Below are positions 11,239 through 49,770 of a stretch of 49,770 nt of DNA, in pieces. The stretch is from Tubiluchus corallicola. Its lineage: Eukaryota; Animalia; Priapulida. The DNA lies in the NCBI GenBank assembly GCA_030141605.1, contig JAQGDQ010001284.1, positions 1 through 49,770 on the forward strand, read 5' to 3'. Numbering within the stretch: the first letter of the stretch is position 1; each line of letters opens with the position of its first letter. The position numbers were made by a program, and so were the translations under genes. A model generated the notes under the pieces. It was not told where the DNA came from and did no database searches. It was given only the letters and a program-made list of their open reading frames with translations.

Positions 11239-11740
11239 CAGGGTGCATAAGATTCTGGATATGTATAAAATAAATAAAATAGCTTATTTTATGGATTTTT
11301 GAAATTTTATTTTATGGATATCAATAAAATAAGAAATAGACTATATCTGGAACGAGATGCCCAGGGGGAAATCAATTAAAAAGTAAAAACAGGAGTGCTT
11401 GAAACGTGTTTTTAAGCACGCAGTTTTAATTTTATCGGTTTCGTTTTAATTTTATCGGTTTGATATCACTTCAAATTTAATCAAATTTTACGAGACAATG
11501 CCTTGTAATTCATCACTTCAGTTAAAATAATTCATCTATTTGGTACGAATGTAGAATGCCCTCTAGGCTGAAGTTTCCGATCCAATGCCTGTATTCAGTT
11601 TTGATTGCCTTATTTTGTACAAAAAATCACAAAAAAAATATTTTTTTATTTTATGCATTTCTTATTTTATGGATTTTTCAAATTTTATTTTATGGACCTT
11701 TGGTCTTATTTTATGGATATCCATAATCTTATGCAGCCTG
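11239..11740. mobile_element. hAT-like MITE
   Basis: TIRs cagggtgcataagattctggatat / atatccataatcttatgcagcctg; 8-bp TSD gtcattgc / gttattgc (1 mismatch). Confidence 0.85.
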
Positions 11741-12615
11741 GTTATTGCACTGCACGTTTTATGCCTTCAGCGACAAACGAAAAATCATTAAAATAAATTA
11801 AGTTACAAGCTCAAACATCATTGACCACAAAGTCAAAAAATCAATAATGTTGTACAATTGCCCATGAAAATACCACCTCACCAAAGGTACCATGTATTAA
11901 CTCCTAGTATTTTATGTTTTTATAAAAGCATAATTTAAATTAGACACGTTATTCACTTTAGAACAAACACACTTTTCACGAATGCACAATTGTGCAGTCA
12001 AGCAAGATGAAACCTATAATTAACCCTGGCATGCATAGTTGTGCACAATGACAATAACTAGTCTACGTTACGACTAGCAAGTAACTCTCAAGCGTGTTCA
12101 CACTGCTAGACAGCAAATTTGCTGCTCGTTACTCTCCAACAGCAAGCGTGAATTAGTACTCTGGCGTATCAAGGCTTTACTCAAGGCTGATAGTTGTGTC
12201 CTGCCCATCTCTATTGTGAATTTACGGTTATTTATGTAATAAGACGATTAAACAATTACTTGTGGTGTATTAGAAACACTATTAACATAGTTTCTACGTG
12301 GTCATTATTAATTACATGTATTTGCATAGCACTTATACTCAAGCAGGCTGCGCAGCTGCTGGTTGTGTAATACCTTGCACCTGTTGGTTATGTGGCACTT
12401 ATATAAAAGCTCTGCTCAGTAACAGCCTGTGGTGTGTCATAAAATGTGCCCTTTACATGAGTATGAAAGTGTGCAGTTATGCACATTTTCCGAGGCGTTT
12501 AAGAATCTATTCTAAAATGTGACACTCCTCAAACTTTGGTTAATACCTGTTAGTACTCACTTGTTTGTTTTGAGAAATGTCGAGAGTTCACGCTAGACTG
12601 TAAATCAACTTACAG

Positions 12616-13026
12616 CAGGGGTGTGCAAATTATCTGACTAGCCGGGCCACATTAAACTTTCCCGCAATTCCTGTGGGTCACATGCGGTTTTGGTCAAGGA
12701 GCCAAGTACAGTAGGACCTAATAACGATTTTTTTGCATGCGACTTGCGCGCATCATCATTACCCCTACACTCAAGAAACTATTTTAGGAATTATTAAAAT
12801 TTATATTAAAAACCATATATTTCGTCATGTCCGACAGTGACATTAAGTGACAACGGTCTTGTAAGGGTTAATGCCATCCGATCTAGAGGAAAAAACTACC
12901 CGCACTAGCTTTGCGATATTGGCGCAGACTTCAGCTGGATCGCGTGGGCCGCACTTTCATTACGTTGACAAACCTCTTCATGGGCCGCACAAGATCTCTC
13001 GGCGGGCCGCAATCTGCACACCCCCG
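12616..13026 (+). mobile_element. hAT (Charlie-like) MITE, CAGGGGTGTGCAA family, copy 1
   Basis: TIRs caggggtgtgca / tgcacacccccg; perfect 8-bp TSD ACTTACAG. Confidence 0.92.
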
Positions 13027-13678
13027 ACTTACAGCAACTATCGCAAAGTTTACAATTTCTTGCCGACGGTAACGCACAAAGCAGCTCAAACTTGCAAGTT
13101 CGCTGTCGCAGAATAAACCAACACGCCCCCCGTGTGCGCACCTTGCCGACATGCATTTTTGAAAATTAAACAGAAAATCAAGTCATTTGAAGTCAAGTAA
13201 TCATGATGCTTGATTACTCGCATTAATCTATCTGATTCAGTGAGCTCTCAGACTCAGGACCAAATGGATAAGCGTTGAAAAACGAAATAGAATTACTGCA
13301 AATCAATAACGAACACAATTATTTAAAATATGCTGGATTCTGATACAAAGACAAATGCTATCTACGCAAAATTACATGAACAAACAGAGCAAAAATTTAC
13401 AACACAATGTTAAGAATTCATATTTGACAGTCAAACACCTTGTAACCCTAATTATGTAGTCTTAGATGTAGCCCCAATAATTCCATAAATAATCAGTCAA
13501 AATAACAATTATGCCGCTAGAAAAAAACTAAGATAGAAGAAACCACAGATTAAAGTATAAACTATTAAATTGATTATCAGATACTGGCACGTGTCTTCTG
13601 GATTCAATATTGAAGCAGCCGGATCCGCGCTCAACCAGCCCGACTTGCATCTCAGCAGCAGCATAACCGCCACATCCG

Positions 13679-48874
<35,196 letters not shown>

Positions 48875-49084
48875 CTTTAGTAAAAACGTTGATTAAATTA
48901 AATGGTGAAGACAAGACAGTTAAGTTTACCAAATACATTTTGGTAAAAAAAAATCAATAATTCTCTTATTTCTCTAGAAAGCGTTTTGAAGTGGCAAAAA
49001 TTGTTCATATTTATTTTGCACTGTATCAGCAACAGAATCATAACTGCGATAAGCCAGGATGGAATATTGTTTATAAAAATGCGG

Positions 49085-49770
49085 AACAATAAAACCTACT
49101 TTAGAAACACAATAAAACCTACTTTAGAAACACAATAAACCTACTTTAGAAACACAATAAACCTACTTTAGAAACACAATAAAACCTACTTTAGAAACAC
49201 AATAGAAACTACTTTAGAAACACAATAAAACCTACTTTAGAAACACAATAAAACCTACTTTAGAAACACAATAGAAACTACTTTAGAAACACAATAAAAC
49301 CTACTTTAGAAACACAATAAACGTACTTTAGAAATACCATAAAACCTACTTTAGAAACACAATAAACCTACTTTAGAAACACAATAAACCTACATTGGAA
49401 ACACAATAAAACCTACTTTAGAAACACAATAAACCTACATTGGAAACACAATAAAACCTACTTTAGAAACACAATAAAACCTACTTTAGAAACACAATAA
49501 AATCTACTTTAGAAACCCAATAAACCTACTTTAGAAACACAATAAAATCTACTTTAGAAACACAATAAAAAATACTTTAGAAACACAATAAACCTACTTT
49601 AGAAACACAATAAAACCTACTTTAGAAACACAATAAAACCTACTTTAGAAACACAATAAACCTACTTTAGAAACACAATAGAAACTACTTTAGAAACACA
49701 ATAAAACTACTTTAGAAACACAATAAAAACTACTTTAGAAACACAATAAACCTACTTTAGAAACACAATA
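49085..49770. repeat. 22/23-bp minisatellite, same unit as 46228-46734, runs off the window
   Basis: Unit aaacacaataaaacctactttag. Confidence 0.95.

Overview
AT-rich, intron- and repeat-rich animal (invertebrate-like) genomic DNA, not prokaryotic. It holds two convergent spliced genes, both truncated at their 5' ends by the window edges. (1) The last four coding exons of an NDRG-family alpha/beta-hydrolase-fold gene, resembling C. elegans ZK1073.1, on + (1383-5158). (2) 22 coding exons of UBE4B/UFD2, a U-box E4 ubiquitin ligase, on - (48874 down to the stop at 13679). I spliced these by hand into 3045 nt (1014 aa + stop), all GT-AG with consistent phases. The rest is a dense mix of non-autonomous DNA transposons (hAT, pogo/Tigger, piggyBac-like, Kolobok-like, Harbinger-like), LINE 3' ends, a tRNA-derived SINE, a probable solo LTR and about 20 tandem arrays. 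I see no clear new gene system. The most notable structures are: a 93-bp satellite made from the C-terminal codons and stop of a hAT transposase inside an element with intact TSDs; mostly intron-specific tandem arrays close to UBE4B splice sites; a duplicated splice donor that would create a poison extension; and inverted MITE copies bracketing five exons. All family assignments come from recalled motifs, not database searches.
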